A stretch of 32,000 nucleotides of DNA from Ignicoccus pacificus DSM 13166 (GTDB lineage Archaea > Thermoproteota > Thermoprotei_A > Sulfolobales > Ignicoccaceae): NCBI GenBank assembly GCA_025340205.1, contig CP006868.1, positions 510,001-542,000 on the forward strand. Direction: 5' to 3'. The translations under genes and the position numbers were made by a program. This document shows positions 17,939-26,430 of the stretch, piece by piece (within the stretch, counting starts at the first letter, position 1; each line of letters starts with the position of its first letter). A model generated the notes under the pieces. That model did not search any database, was not told where the DNA came from, and worked only from the letters and a program-made list of their open reading frames with translations.

Positions 17939-19393
17939 GTGAGTTCAAGGACGTTCGCAGAGATTGAATGGGCTTCCGTGTGTTTTCCTAGTTACGATAA
18001 AAATGGTAATCCAAAGTTAAATCCAGACGAACTAATATGTACCCATTACAAACCAGCTAATGGCAAGTCTATTCCTATAAAGAAGCTTACCGTGCTCTTT
18101 GGCCCCAACAGCACAGGTAAGACGAACTTCCTGCTAACCTTTCACCCCTTCGTTTCTCCTCCTCTTGGCTGTGATGAGATCACCTTAGCCTTATTGAAAC
18201 TATTCTCGGTAGGCTTCGTGAATCTCAAGTGGCCCCTTCCTCTCTTCAGCATCTCAAAGGTGTACATAGATGGTAAGGAGCTATATTTAATGTGGGTGAG
18301 GTTTTCAAAGGATTTATTCCAAAAGGAAAGTGAAATAGAAAAGTTAATCAAAATATTATTTAATAACGACCAAAACAACTCTGTTTTCAAAAGAGTAGAA
18401 GTGAGACAAAATGATCCGGAACTTAACCAAATTTATCAACGTAAAAATGAAATAATTGAGTACATACGAACCGTGCATATACCCAATCAACAGTCAAACA
18501 CAGATCCTATATTCCTCATACCTGGAAGAAATAGAGTTAGAGATAGAATATATACGTTCACCTTCCTCAAGGAAGGTAATAATGTCAAGATTTTGAGCAA
18601 GGGGATCGTATCCGGTTCAGTCAGATGGGAGAGAAGCAACTGCGTGATTCCTCCTATCTCTATTGGATATTCCGGTCCTCACGTTTCATTAGTTAGGACC
18701 GCATCAAGAGGGATCTTCCGTAATTGGAATAAAATAAAGGATCTTATCGATAAGGATGAGAGTTCGATAGTTGACTTCTGTAAGAACGTCCTGAAAAGCA
18801 AGGGCGAGGATTTCTGCATTAAGGAGCTGAAAAGCGGTGAGATGCTTGAATCTACCTTTGGATATGGTTTTGTTCTTGATGATCAAACAACCGTCCCTCT
18901 TTGGAGTATGGGAGATGGATTTAGGGGAGGGGCTGTACAGCTGTCAATACTCGACGCTCTCTCAACTTCTCATAAAATACTAGGGTCACCAAACAAGAAG
19001 CTGTTTGTATTGGATACACCAGAGGCCTTCATGCATCCGGAGCTCGAGGAGTACTTGGCTTCGCAAATAGCCTATGAGGCCTCAAGGACTGAGGATCTTT
19101 ACGTCGCTACGGCGACGCAGAGTATGGAATACTTCATACTTCTATTAAGCAATTTCTTCACATCTTATGGCATTAATGTTGGTGATGAGGACAAAGCAAG
19201 AGAAAGCATTTCCGTCCTATTGTTTGGAAGGCCCGGTACACATCATGGGGAGGATATTGAAGTTAACATAACGGAATTAGAAATAACGAAGAAACAAATC
19301 GAAATGGATTCACCTATCAAAAACGTTTCAAAGCATTTTACTATCCTAGAGTATTTGAACTTGGGAATTGATATACGTTTCCTAAAATATTGA
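17939..19393 (+). CDS. AAA ATPase of the OLD/SMC-like (AAA_15/AAA_21-type) class, putative defence-associated
   Basis: Walker A FGPNSTGKT (18101-18124), signature-like LWSMGDGFRGGAVQLSIL, Walker-B-like KLFVLDTPEAFMHPELEEYLASQI (~19001-19045), sensor-like VATATQSMEY (19103 onward). GTG start at 17939. Confidence 0.85.
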   Translation: MSSRTFAEIEWASVCFPSYDKNGNPKLNPDELICTHYKPANGKSIPIKKLTVLFGPNSTGKTNFLLTFHPFVSPPLGCDEITLALLKLFSVGFVNLKWPLPLFSISKVYIDGKELYLMWVRFSKDLFQKESEIEKLIKILFNNDQNNSVFKRVEVRQNDPELNQIYQRKNEIIEYIRTVHIPNQQSNTDPIFLIPGRNRVRDRIYTFTFLKEGNNVKILSKGIVSGSVRWERSNCVIPPISIGYSGPHVSLVRTASRGIFRNWNKIKDLIDKDESSIVDFCKNVLKSKGEDFCIKELKSGEMLESTFGYGFVLDDQTTVPLWSMGDGFRGGAVQLSILDALSTSHKILGSPNKKLFVLDTPEAFMHPELEEYLASQIAYEASRTEDLYVATATQSMEYFILLLSNFFTSYGINVGDEDKARESISVLLFGRPGTHHGEDIEVNITELEITKKQIEMDSPIKNVSKHFTILEYLNLGIDIRFLKY

Positions 19394-20466
19394 GAGGTGA
19401 GTGTGTGATGGACGACATAGCTAGGTACGTTTATCTATTTGTACCAGAAGGCGAAACAGATATAGTCACATTGAAAGTTCTCCTATTTTCATTTCTGAAA
19501 AGAAAAGATTTTGAGTGTAATAAAATTTCAAATAATAAAATGGGGGCTTTTCCCTCGTACTTAAGCATAACGAGAGTGTTAAGTGACTTGATGAAAGTTG
19601 CACCAACTAGTTCCCTAATGTTTTCGATCATCAGAAACATGTTGTATTGCAAGTCTGCCCAAAGTAAAAAGGAAGTAATCATAGTAATTCTACAACCTCT
19701 TTATCTATGGGGGAGAGGTTATGAGAGTACAGTAGCACACCTAGTGATGTACCTAAAAAGCGGTATATTACAACACAAATCAGTCCCCAAGAGATCCCTT
19801 GATACGCGCTTTGAGTTAGTAGGGGTTCTGGATATTGATGTCCTTTTACATAAACCTTGGAAGCCTTCACATGAGAAAAACGTCCATAATACCTTATCTG
19901 ATATATTACATAAGGTAGTCGATTCTGATGATAACTTTTACATAAAGGATCTCATTATTCAAGAGATTGAAGGGAAAAGGGTTTCAAGATTGGCCAAATT
20001 GATCTATGAGCCATCTTCTTCAAAACGTTCCTATGCATGGCTCTTGTTATGGGGTTACTGTAAGAACTTTAACTGCCATAAATCTGTAGAAGACATAGAA
20101 GCCGAAATGATAGGAGTAATAGCTAAGCAAAGTCAGGATAATAAGTATCGAGAAAGAGCTTCTCAACTACTTAAAGTTCTCAAACGCAGTCGAGATCCGA
20201 AAGGGAACCAAGGAGGTTGCGGAGGAGGTTGTCTGAGCCCTGTAGGAGGAGGTGCTTCGCTTCGATTGGATCTAATCCTACCTTTACAAACGCTGGCAAT
20301 GAGTTTAGGTGAAAAGCATCCAGTATCTCTATACGATTTTAAGAAATCTAAATTTGCCGGTATGAAACTTAACAAATTCTTGGATTCAATATACGATAAG
20401 GTAATCGAGGACTGTGAGCTGAAAGAGGCCTTAGAGGAGATCTTCAAAGAAGCGCTTCAAGGCTAA
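19390..20466 (+). CDS. Partner protein of the ATPase with TOPRIM-like motifs (putative nuclease/effector)
   Basis: 358 aa from TTG at 19390, or more likely from ATG at 19408 after an SD-like GAGGTGA (19394-19400). EGETD (19447-19461) and DID (19831-19839) resemble TOPRIM EGxxD and DxD. Translationally linked to the ATPase gene. Confidence 0.6.
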   Translation: MRGECVMDDIARYVYLFVPEGETDIVTLKVLLFSFLKRKDFECNKISNNKMGAFPSYLSITRVLSDLMKVAPTSSLMFSIIRNMLYCKSAQSKKEVIIVILQPLYLWGRGYESTVAHLVMYLKSGILQHKSVPKRSLDTRFELVGVLDIDVLLHKPWKPSHEKNVHNTLSDILHKVVDSDDNFYIKDLIIQEIEGKRVSRLAKLIYEPSSSKRSYAWLLLWGYCKNFNCHKSVEDIEAEMIGVIAKQSQDNKYRERASQLLKVLKRSRDPKGNQGGCGGGCLSPVGGGASLRLDLILPLQTLAMSLGEKHPVSLYDFKKSKFAGMKLNKFLDSIYDKVIEDCELKEALEEIFKEALQG

Positions 20467-20470
20467 AGGA

Positions 20471-20500
20471 CCTCCTCCCTTTTTGCTTCCCTCCCTCCTC
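20471..20500 (+). terminator. Pyrimidine-rich tract, possible transcription terminator
   Basis: CCTCCTCCCTTTTTGCTTCCCTCCCTCCTC immediately after the stop of the 358-aa ORF; includes a T5 run. Confidence 0.3.
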
Positions 20501-20516
20501 ACAGCAAGGAGCGAAG

Positions 20517-21272
20517 ATGATAGAGCTGGACGAGATCCTTGAGATCTTAGAAAACAGTTTGGGCCTCAAGGTGGGAGTCGAGGACGGCAAGATTAGGATA
20601 AGCGACGGAAAGGAGGAGGTGCTCGCGGAACCCGGTTACACCTTGCCAGCGATAGCTCTCTTCGTCGAGCCCCGGAAGGCGTGGAGCGTCATAAGAATAC
20701 TCTACGGAGATAAAGCCCAAGCGAAGAAGGCCTACGATGAATACAAGGAACTTCCTTACACCACCTCTGGAAAGGTCTGCTGGCTTCACAAGGCCTTGGC
20801 GAAGGCTGTAAATCAGAGAGTGAAGGGAGCTGACAAGGAAAGGGTACTCACCTGGCTCGAGGACCAAGTCTATAGGAGATGGCCCAACGTCTGCGGGGAG
20901 GCTGACAGCGCTCCAGAGCTGACGAAGCTGGTAACGGAGCTAAACTCCTTAGGCGTATCAGCTTCCATGAACTTAGACAAGAGCGAGGTCGAATTAAAGG
21001 TGAGGAACTATACCTTGAGGCTTCGGAGGAGGTCCCCGCAGTCCCTGAAGCTGATAAAGGAGCTCAGAAAGCTGGCTAAAGAGAATCATGAGATCATCCC
21101 GGACCTAGTGAAGCTTATGTCGGACCCAGCTAGTTGCCTGGACCTTGCCAAGGCTTTGAAGTTAAGGGAAGAATTAAAGAAATATCCAATGATAAGGGAT
21201 AAACTACTGGAAAGCGCTACCGCCCTCGCGGAGAAGATGATTAAGAGAACAAAGACTTTTAGTGAGGACTAA
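20517..21272 (+). CDS. Hypothetical protein (251 aa)
   Basis: Long ORF, ATG at 20517 preceded by AAGGAG (20506-20511); charged, helical C-terminal half; no family recognised. Confidence 0.8.
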   Translation: MIELDEILEILENSLGLKVGVEDGKIRISDGKEEVLAEPGYTLPAIALFVEPRKAWSVIRILYGDKAQAKKAYDEYKELPYTTSGKVCWLHKALAKAVNQRVKGADKERVLTWLEDQVYRRWPNVCGEADSAPELTKLVTELNSLGVSASMNLDKSEVELKVRNYTLRLRRRSPQSLKLIKELRKLAKENHEIIPDLVKLMSDPASCLDLAKALKLREELKKYPMIRDKLLESATALAEKMIKRTKTFSED

Positions 21273-21323
21273 CTCACCTCCTCCCCGTATATACCCCTCT
21301 CCGGTCCGCTACTCACGATACCA

Positions 21324-22487
21324 ATGAAGAAGCTGCTGGCGCTCGTTGCTATAGCGTCCTTGGTGCTTCCGTTTCTTCCTAACGGAATATACGTGGCCGT
21401 CCCAGTCTGGATCGCCTTACTAGCAATAGGGTATAAGGTAAACAAGGCCTTCACTCTACACTTCCTATCGAGGTTGCTGGACGCCTTCATAGTGCTGTTC
21501 GTAGTGTTGATAATTACAGTTGCTATGTTCGGAGGTACTATAGCACAGATTAAGAAGCAGATGATTATTGATATGGTAAAAAGACAAGTAGCCAGCAATC
21601 CTCAGCTGGCCCAACAGCTAGGACCGAAGATCAAGGAGTACATCCAGCAGACGGCGGAGAAGCTGATCAAGGCGGAGGGATTGGATAAGCCTTGGTACAT
21701 GAACTTACCGATGTACTTGTCAAGCGTAATTACCCTTGATCTAAAGAGCCAAGTGCTGACCTCCAACAGCGGTTCGAGGCTTGTTAGGGACATAGTTATG
21801 GAGAGACTCCCTAGAACGGTCCTCCTCTTCACCACAGCTACCATAATAACGATAATAATAGGTGTCTTGCTAGGCCTTTTGGCGGCTAAGAAGAGGGGAA
21901 GCATCTTCGACAAGATAGTGACCGTCTTCGCTCTGGTGACGGCGAGCTTCCCAATGTGGTGGGTAGGTATGCTAATGCTGGAGCTCTTCTCCTACGAACT
22001 CAACTTGTTCCCATCAGGAGGAATGACCTCCGTGCCTCCTCCTAAGCAACCCCTAGCCTACCTAGCGGACCTCCTCTGGCACATGGCACTGCCGGTAATG
22101 ACTATTGTACTTGTTTCCTTCGGAGGATGGGCCTACGTGACTAGGAACATACTGCTAGGCGTACTGAAGGAGGACTTCGTGCTGGCGGCCAGAGCTAGGG
22201 GTCTGCTGGAGAAGACGGTGCTCTTCAAGCACGTCCTCAGACCCTCACTACCTCCGATAGTCACTATGATGGCGCTGAGCATCGTAGCGTCCCTCTCCGG
22301 AGCTATAATCACCGAGATCGTGTTCAACTGGCCTGGAATGGGTATGCTCTTCTGGGAAGCGATAGAGACCCTCGACGTGCCGGTGATACTAGGACTGACG
22401 TACATTTTCACCTTGGTCTTCGTTATTGCAATGCTGATCTTGGACATAGTCTACGCGATCCTAGATCCAAGGGTGAGGAAGGGGTGA
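21324..22487 (+). CDS. Peptide/oligopeptide ABC transporter permease, DppB type
   Basis: 387 aa; RLPRTVLLFTTATIITIIIGVLLGLLAAKKRGS, YVTRNILLGVLKEDFVLAARARGLLEKTVLFKHVLRPSLPPIVT (EAA loop), VFNWPGMGMLFWEAIETLDVPVI. Confidence 0.93.
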   Translation: MKKLLALVAIASLVLPFLPNGIYVAVPVWIALLAIGYKVNKAFTLHFLSRLLDAFIVLFVVLIITVAMFGGTIAQIKKQMIIDMVKRQVASNPQLAQQLGPKIKEYIQQTAEKLIKAEGLDKPWYMNLPMYLSSVITLDLKSQVLTSNSGSRLVRDIVMERLPRTVLLFTTATIITIIIGVLLGLLAAKKRGSIFDKIVTVFALVTASFPMWWVGMLMLELFSYELNLFPSGGMTSVPPPKQPLAYLADLLWHMALPVMTIVLVSFGGWAYVTRNILLGVLKEDFVLAARARGLLEKTVLFKHVLRPSLPPIVTMMALSIVASLSGAIITEIVFNWPGMGMLFWEAIETLDVPVILGLTYIFTLVFVIAMLILDIVYAILDPRVRKG

Positions 22488-22493
22488 TGTGAG

Positions 22494-23852
22494 ATGGGGT
22501 TGTTCAAGGAGATTATGAGCCAAAAGGCGGGAGCCTTAGGAGTGATAATACTAGCCGTGCTGATAGCCCTAGCGATATGGGCCCCCATACAGTACGGCAA
22601 GTACTACGCCTACTGGAGGAACACCAGCTACTGGTCCCTCTACCCTAAGGCCGTCCCTCCTGACTGGGTGAGCTTGTTCTCTTCAAAGAAATTACCTCCC
22701 ACGATCTTCCTAAAGCCTTCCAACGTAACGCAGAAGTCGCTTTACCATGGCTTAGCAAAGGAAATAACCTACAAGTTCGAGGTTAACTTCAACTACGACG
22801 AACCACCGAACGACGTGATATTCGTGCTTAACGTGAAGTACCAGAAGCCGCCGGCGATAATGATTTACGTCACTAGACCGGATGGTGAGACCGTCAAGAT
22901 ATTGCAAGGAAGCGCTTCTAGCTTGAACAACGTCATACAGATAAACAATGATCAAAGTGTAAAGGACAACATCTACTCGTGGCTTCTCTCAAAGGGATTA
23001 AACGTAAGCAGTCCCTCGGCCATAGTCCCGACGGACGCCATATTCTGTAAGCTAAGTAACGGGTGCTGGAACAACCCTCAAGTACTGAAGGGTAAGTACG
23101 TATTCACCATCAAGATGATAGGATTAGGGAACTTCACCGCCAAACCCCTTGTGGACCTGACTGGAAAGACCTATGGACTTATGGGCACCGACGTCTTCGG
23201 AAGGGACATATTCATCTACGTGATGCTGGGCTTGCCCTACGGATTGGCGGTAGGTATACTGGCGAGCGTCATAGCGGCGTTCTTCGGTACCATATACGGT
23301 CTGGTGAGCGGATACTTCGGAGGAATAGTTGACAAGATAATGCAGAGGATATTGGAGATCTGGTATTCCATACCGGCGCTCCCTCTGCTAATACTCGCAG
23401 CGATAGTGTTTAGACCTAGCATATGGTTAATCACAGTGTTCATAGCAATATTCGCCTGGATGGGAGTGGGTAAGGTCGTCAGATCCATGGCCTTGCAGCT
23501 GAGGAACGAAGGTTACGTCGTGGCGGCGAAGGCAGCAGGAGCCTCTGATAGGTGGATAATGCTCAAGCACGTATTACCTCAGCTGTTGCCCTACACGATG
23601 GCACAAGTAGCTCTGGGAGTTCCCGGAGCTATACTAACTGAGGTGGGACTGGACTTCCTAGGACTGGGAGACCCTAACGTGCCTACCTGGGGTTGGCTAC
23701 TCCACGACGCCAACGTCTACGGAGCGACGGTGAACGGGTACTGGTGGTGGGTGATACCTCCGGGCCTGATGGCAGCGCTGGTGGGATTGGCGTTCGCGCT
23801 GATAGGCTATGCTATGGACGTCATACTGAACCCGAGGTTAAGGGAGAGGTAA
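22494..23852 (+). CDS. Peptide/oligopeptide ABC transporter permease, DppC type, with ~180-aa extracytoplasmic insertion after TM1
   Basis: LMGTDVFGRDIFIYVMLGLPYGLAVGI, VVRSMALQLRNEGYVVAAKAAGASDRWIMLKHVLPQLLPYTMAQVALGVPGAILTEVGLDFLGLGDPNVPTWGWLLHDA. Confidence 0.93.
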   Translation: MGLFKEIMSQKAGALGVIILAVLIALAIWAPIQYGKYYAYWRNTSYWSLYPKAVPPDWVSLFSSKKLPPTIFLKPSNVTQKSLYHGLAKEITYKFEVNFNYDEPPNDVIFVLNVKYQKPPAIMIYVTRPDGETVKILQGSASSLNNVIQINNDQSVKDNIYSWLLSKGLNVSSPSAIVPTDAIFCKLSNGCWNNPQVLKGKYVFTIKMIGLGNFTAKPLVDLTGKTYGLMGTDVFGRDIFIYVMLGLPYGLAVGILASVIAAFFGTIYGLVSGYFGGIVDKIMQRILEIWYSIPALPLLILAAIVFRPSIWLITVFIAIFAWMGVGKVVRSMALQLRNEGYVVAAKAAGASDRWIMLKHVLPQLLPYTMAQVALGVPGAILTEVGLDFLGLGDPNVPTWGWLLHDANVYGATVNGYWWWVIPPGLMAALVGLAFALIGYAMDVILNPRLRER

Positions 23853-23889
23853 TTTTTGAAGAATGACAGAAGTTTTTGGGTAAAGAGGA

Positions 23890-24102
23890 ATGGTTCAGAG
23901 GTGTTGGAACAAGGGTCCTTTAGGTCCCTCTATAGGATGGGGCTCCTTCGTATTGTATTACTTCAACGATCCTAATGATAAGAACGTGAAGTACTTGAAG
24001 GAGAAATTCAAAAGTGCTAAGATAGTTAAGGTTGAAGACGTGAAGACAGATCCCGATTCCAAGGAAGTTCCCTTCAAGTACGCTCTAGTGTGGAGCTGGT
24101 GA
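23890..24102 (+). CDS. Small hypothetical protein (70 aa)
   Basis: Coding-like sequence VLYYFNDPNDKNVKYLKEKFKSAKIVKVEDVKTDPDSKEVPFKYALVWSW; start uncertain. Confidence 0.45.
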   Translation: MVQRCWNKGPLGPSIGWGSFVLYYFNDPNDKNVKYLKEKFKSAKIVKVEDVKTDPDSKEVPFKYALVWSW

Positions 24103-24290
24103 GCCTCTTGACTGAAGTCGACTTGGGATCTTCCGCTATTTTCCTTTAAGATATCTCTTTAAGTGAAAGATCAGCAAATGAGAAAGCTCTAAGGTTATTT
24201 CAGCCATTAAGAAATATGAGAATCCTTCCTTATACCTAGAAGGCTTTCATCTCTTTACCCCTTATCAGAGTAGACTAAGGGCTTCAAACC

Positions 24291-24854
24291 TTGTCCCTCC
24301 TCGAAGAACTCCAAAGGAAAGCTAATGAAGAAAGCAAGTACCCAAACGATCAAGAGTTCTTGGAGAGGAAGGCAATTGATGTAGTTTACGAAATGCTCAA
24401 GGCAAAGGAACTGCTCGAAAAGGGAGATACTAGGAACGCAGCTGGCAAGGCCTTCCAAGCTTGGAAGGATTTGCTTTCATGCTTGATCTGCTTGAACTTG
24501 GATGAGCTGCTGAAGAGGGCGAAGGATGAAAGGGAGAGGAAGTGGATAAGGGAGAAGGCCGTGTTAGTTCCTACAAGCAGAATGGCTAGATTGGCTCAAG
24601 CTCTGGAAGAAATGGGAATAAGGAACGTATCTCCGTGGACGAATACCGCTATCAAGCTTCACTCCTACCAGTACAACGGACCGGATCCGGATGGAATATA
24701 CTTCGCTCCAAGGGATGAGGAGGAAGCTAGGGAGGACATTAAGCTCTTACTCGAAGCTGCTAAGGAGTACTTGGAGAGGTACGTTCTTCCTAACATTAAG
24801 GGAAAGAGCTTGGAGATGATAAGGGAAGGGATGAAGCTATTAGACTTTCCCTAG
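24291..24854 (+). CDS. PaREP1/HEPN-like archaeal protein
   Basis: 187 aa; AKELLEKGDTRNAAGKAFQAWKDLLSCLI (PaREP1-like 'GDxxxAxxKAxxAxK'), KLHSYQYNGPDPDG and helical C-terminus. 15-nt convergent overlap with pstB. Confidence 0.65.
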   Translation: MSLLEELQRKANEESKYPNDQEFLERKAIDVVYEMLKAKELLEKGDTRNAAGKAFQAWKDLLSCLICLNLDELLKRAKDERERKWIREKAVLVPTSRMARLAQALEEMGIRNVSPWTNTAIKLHSYQYNGPDPDGIYFAPRDEEEAREDIKLLLEAAKEYLERYVLPNIKGKSLEMIREGMKLLDFP

Positions 24855-25598
24855 GACGTACTTCTCCGTGAGCTCGTGCTTCGGTCTCGTAAATATCTCA
24901 CTGGTAGGTCCTACCTCCACGACCTTTCCGTCGTAGATGAAGGCCACGTAGTCGCTAATCCTTGCAGCTTGTTGAGGGTTGTGGGTGACTATGAGTACGG
25001 TGAACTCCTTCTTGAGCTCAACGATGTTCTCCTCTATCCTCTTCGTGGATACCACGTCTAGGGCTGAGGTGGGCTCGTCCATTAGCAATACCTTTGGCTT
25101 TAGCGCTATGGCCCTTGCTATACAAAGTCTCTGCTGCTGACCTCCGGAAAGCCTTCCGGCCTTCCTCTTGAGATCGTCCTTCACCTCGTCCCAAAGGTAA
25201 GCCCTTTTTAGAGACCATTCTACTAGCCTCTCAAGCTCTTCCTTACTCTTTACCATCTTGTGCATCTTGGGCCCAATTGCAACATTATCAAATATACTCA
25301 TATGAGGAAATGGGTTGGGCCTCTGGAAGACCATTCCAACCATCTTCCTAAGCTCATGGGGATCCATCTGGTAGACGTCTCTCCCTTCTAGCAATATCTT
25401 GCCCTCCACCTCCACGTCTGGGTACAAGTCCCAGAGTCTGTTGATAGCCCTTAACAGAGTGCTCTTTCCCGAGCCCGAGGGTCCCATTATGGCGAATATC
25501 GATCCTCTGGGAACCTCTAAGTCTATTCCCTTGAGTATTTCCTTACCGCTGATCTTCACCTTTAGTTTTTCTATCTTTAGTATTATGTCAGAACTCAT
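24840..25598 (-). CDS. pstB: Phosphate ABC transporter ATP-binding protein
   Basis: 252 aa; GPSGSGKSTLLRAINRLWDL, MVFQRPNPFPHMSIFDNVAIG, LSGGQQQRLCIARAIALKPKVLLMDEPTSALD, FTRPKHELTEKYVLGK. Confidence 0.97.
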   Translation of the reverse strand: MSSDIILKIEKLKVKISGKEILKGIDLEVPRGSIFAIMGPSGSGKSTLLRAINRLWDLYPDVEVEGKILLEGRDVYQMDPHELRKMVGMVFQRPNPFPHMSIFDNVAIGPKMHKMVKSKEELERLVEWSLKRAYLWDEVKDDLKRKAGRLSGGQQQRLCIARAIALKPKVLLMDEPTSALDVVSTKRIEENIVELKKEFTVLIVTHNPQQAARISDYVAFIYDGKVVEVGPTSEIFTRPKHELTEKYVLGKV

Positions 25599-26430
25599 GT
25601 TTCCTCACCACCAGCTTGCTTATTATTATTAATGGTAGTATTATCATAAAAACCAAAATAAAGGAAGCGGCCCAGCTCAGCTTTAACCAGAGTTCTTGGG
25701 AGCTGAAACCGAACTTGTATATGAGCACGCTCAGGCTAGCAGAGGGCTGGAAGGGATCTAAGCTCACCTTGTTGCTCCACCCGGCGGTAAAGAGCAAGGG
25801 AGCGGCTTCTCCGGCGGCCTTGGCTAGGGCTATTAACACTCCCGTTATGACTCCCGGAGCGACTAAGCCTCTGAGTATCTTGAAGAGTACCTTGGAGTAC
25901 GGTATTCCTAAGGCTAGACCTCCTTCTTTTATCAACTTCGGAACCTTCCTGTAAGCCTCGGCGGTGTAGAGCGCTATGTAGGGTATCATGATCAGCGAGA
26001 GGGCTACTGAGCCAGCTATGGCGGAAAAGCCTTGAGTGGGGACTACTATGAGCCAGTAGATGGCTATTCCGGCAGCTATGGTAGGAACCTCCACCAGCAA
26101 GGAAGCGACGTGCTCGGCCGCCTTAGCAAGCCTAGTGTAGTAGAACTCTGAGATGAGTACTCCGGCGAGGAATCCTATGGGGAAGGATATCAGCAACGCT
26201 ATAAACACTATCATCAGTGTGCCTACTATTGCTGGCGCCAAGCCCACCTCAGGAGGGGGCCCGAAGAAGAAGACTGGGGGCGGTATGTTGGCAGTAAATA
26301 GTTGCACTCCGTAGTGGAGGACCACCGGTAAGCCGTTTACCAGTATCGCTCCTAGCACCCAGAGGAGGAGACCCAAGGCGAGGAAGCTGAGGAGGTATAT
26401 CGCAAGTATTCCAGGATGCACCTTACGCAT
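25588..26430 (-). CDS. pstA: Phosphate ABC transporter permease PstA
   Basis: 280 aa; FPIGFLAGVLISEF, VEVPTIAAGIAIYWLI, GIPYSKVLFKILRGLVAPGVITGVLIALAKAAGEAAPLLFTAG. Confidence 0.93.
   Translation of the reverse strand: MRKVHPGILAIYLLSFLALGLLLWVLGAILVNGLPVVLHYGVQLFTANIPPPVFFFGPPPEVGLAPAIVGTLMIVFIALLISFPIGFLAGVLISEFYYTRLAKAAEHVASLLVEVPTIAAGIAIYWLIVVPTQGFSAIAGSVALSLIMIPYIALYTAEAYRKVPKLIKEGGLALGIPYSKVLFKILRGLVAPGVITGVLIALAKAAGEAAPLLFTAGWSNKVSLDPFQPSASLSVLIYKFGFSSQELWLKLSWAASFILVFMIILPLIIISKLVVRKHEF

Noticed and set aside
24255-24458. 67-aa ORF on - strand over the start of the PaREP1-like gene
   Set aside because: The overlapping 187-aa + frame has better family support and coding character.
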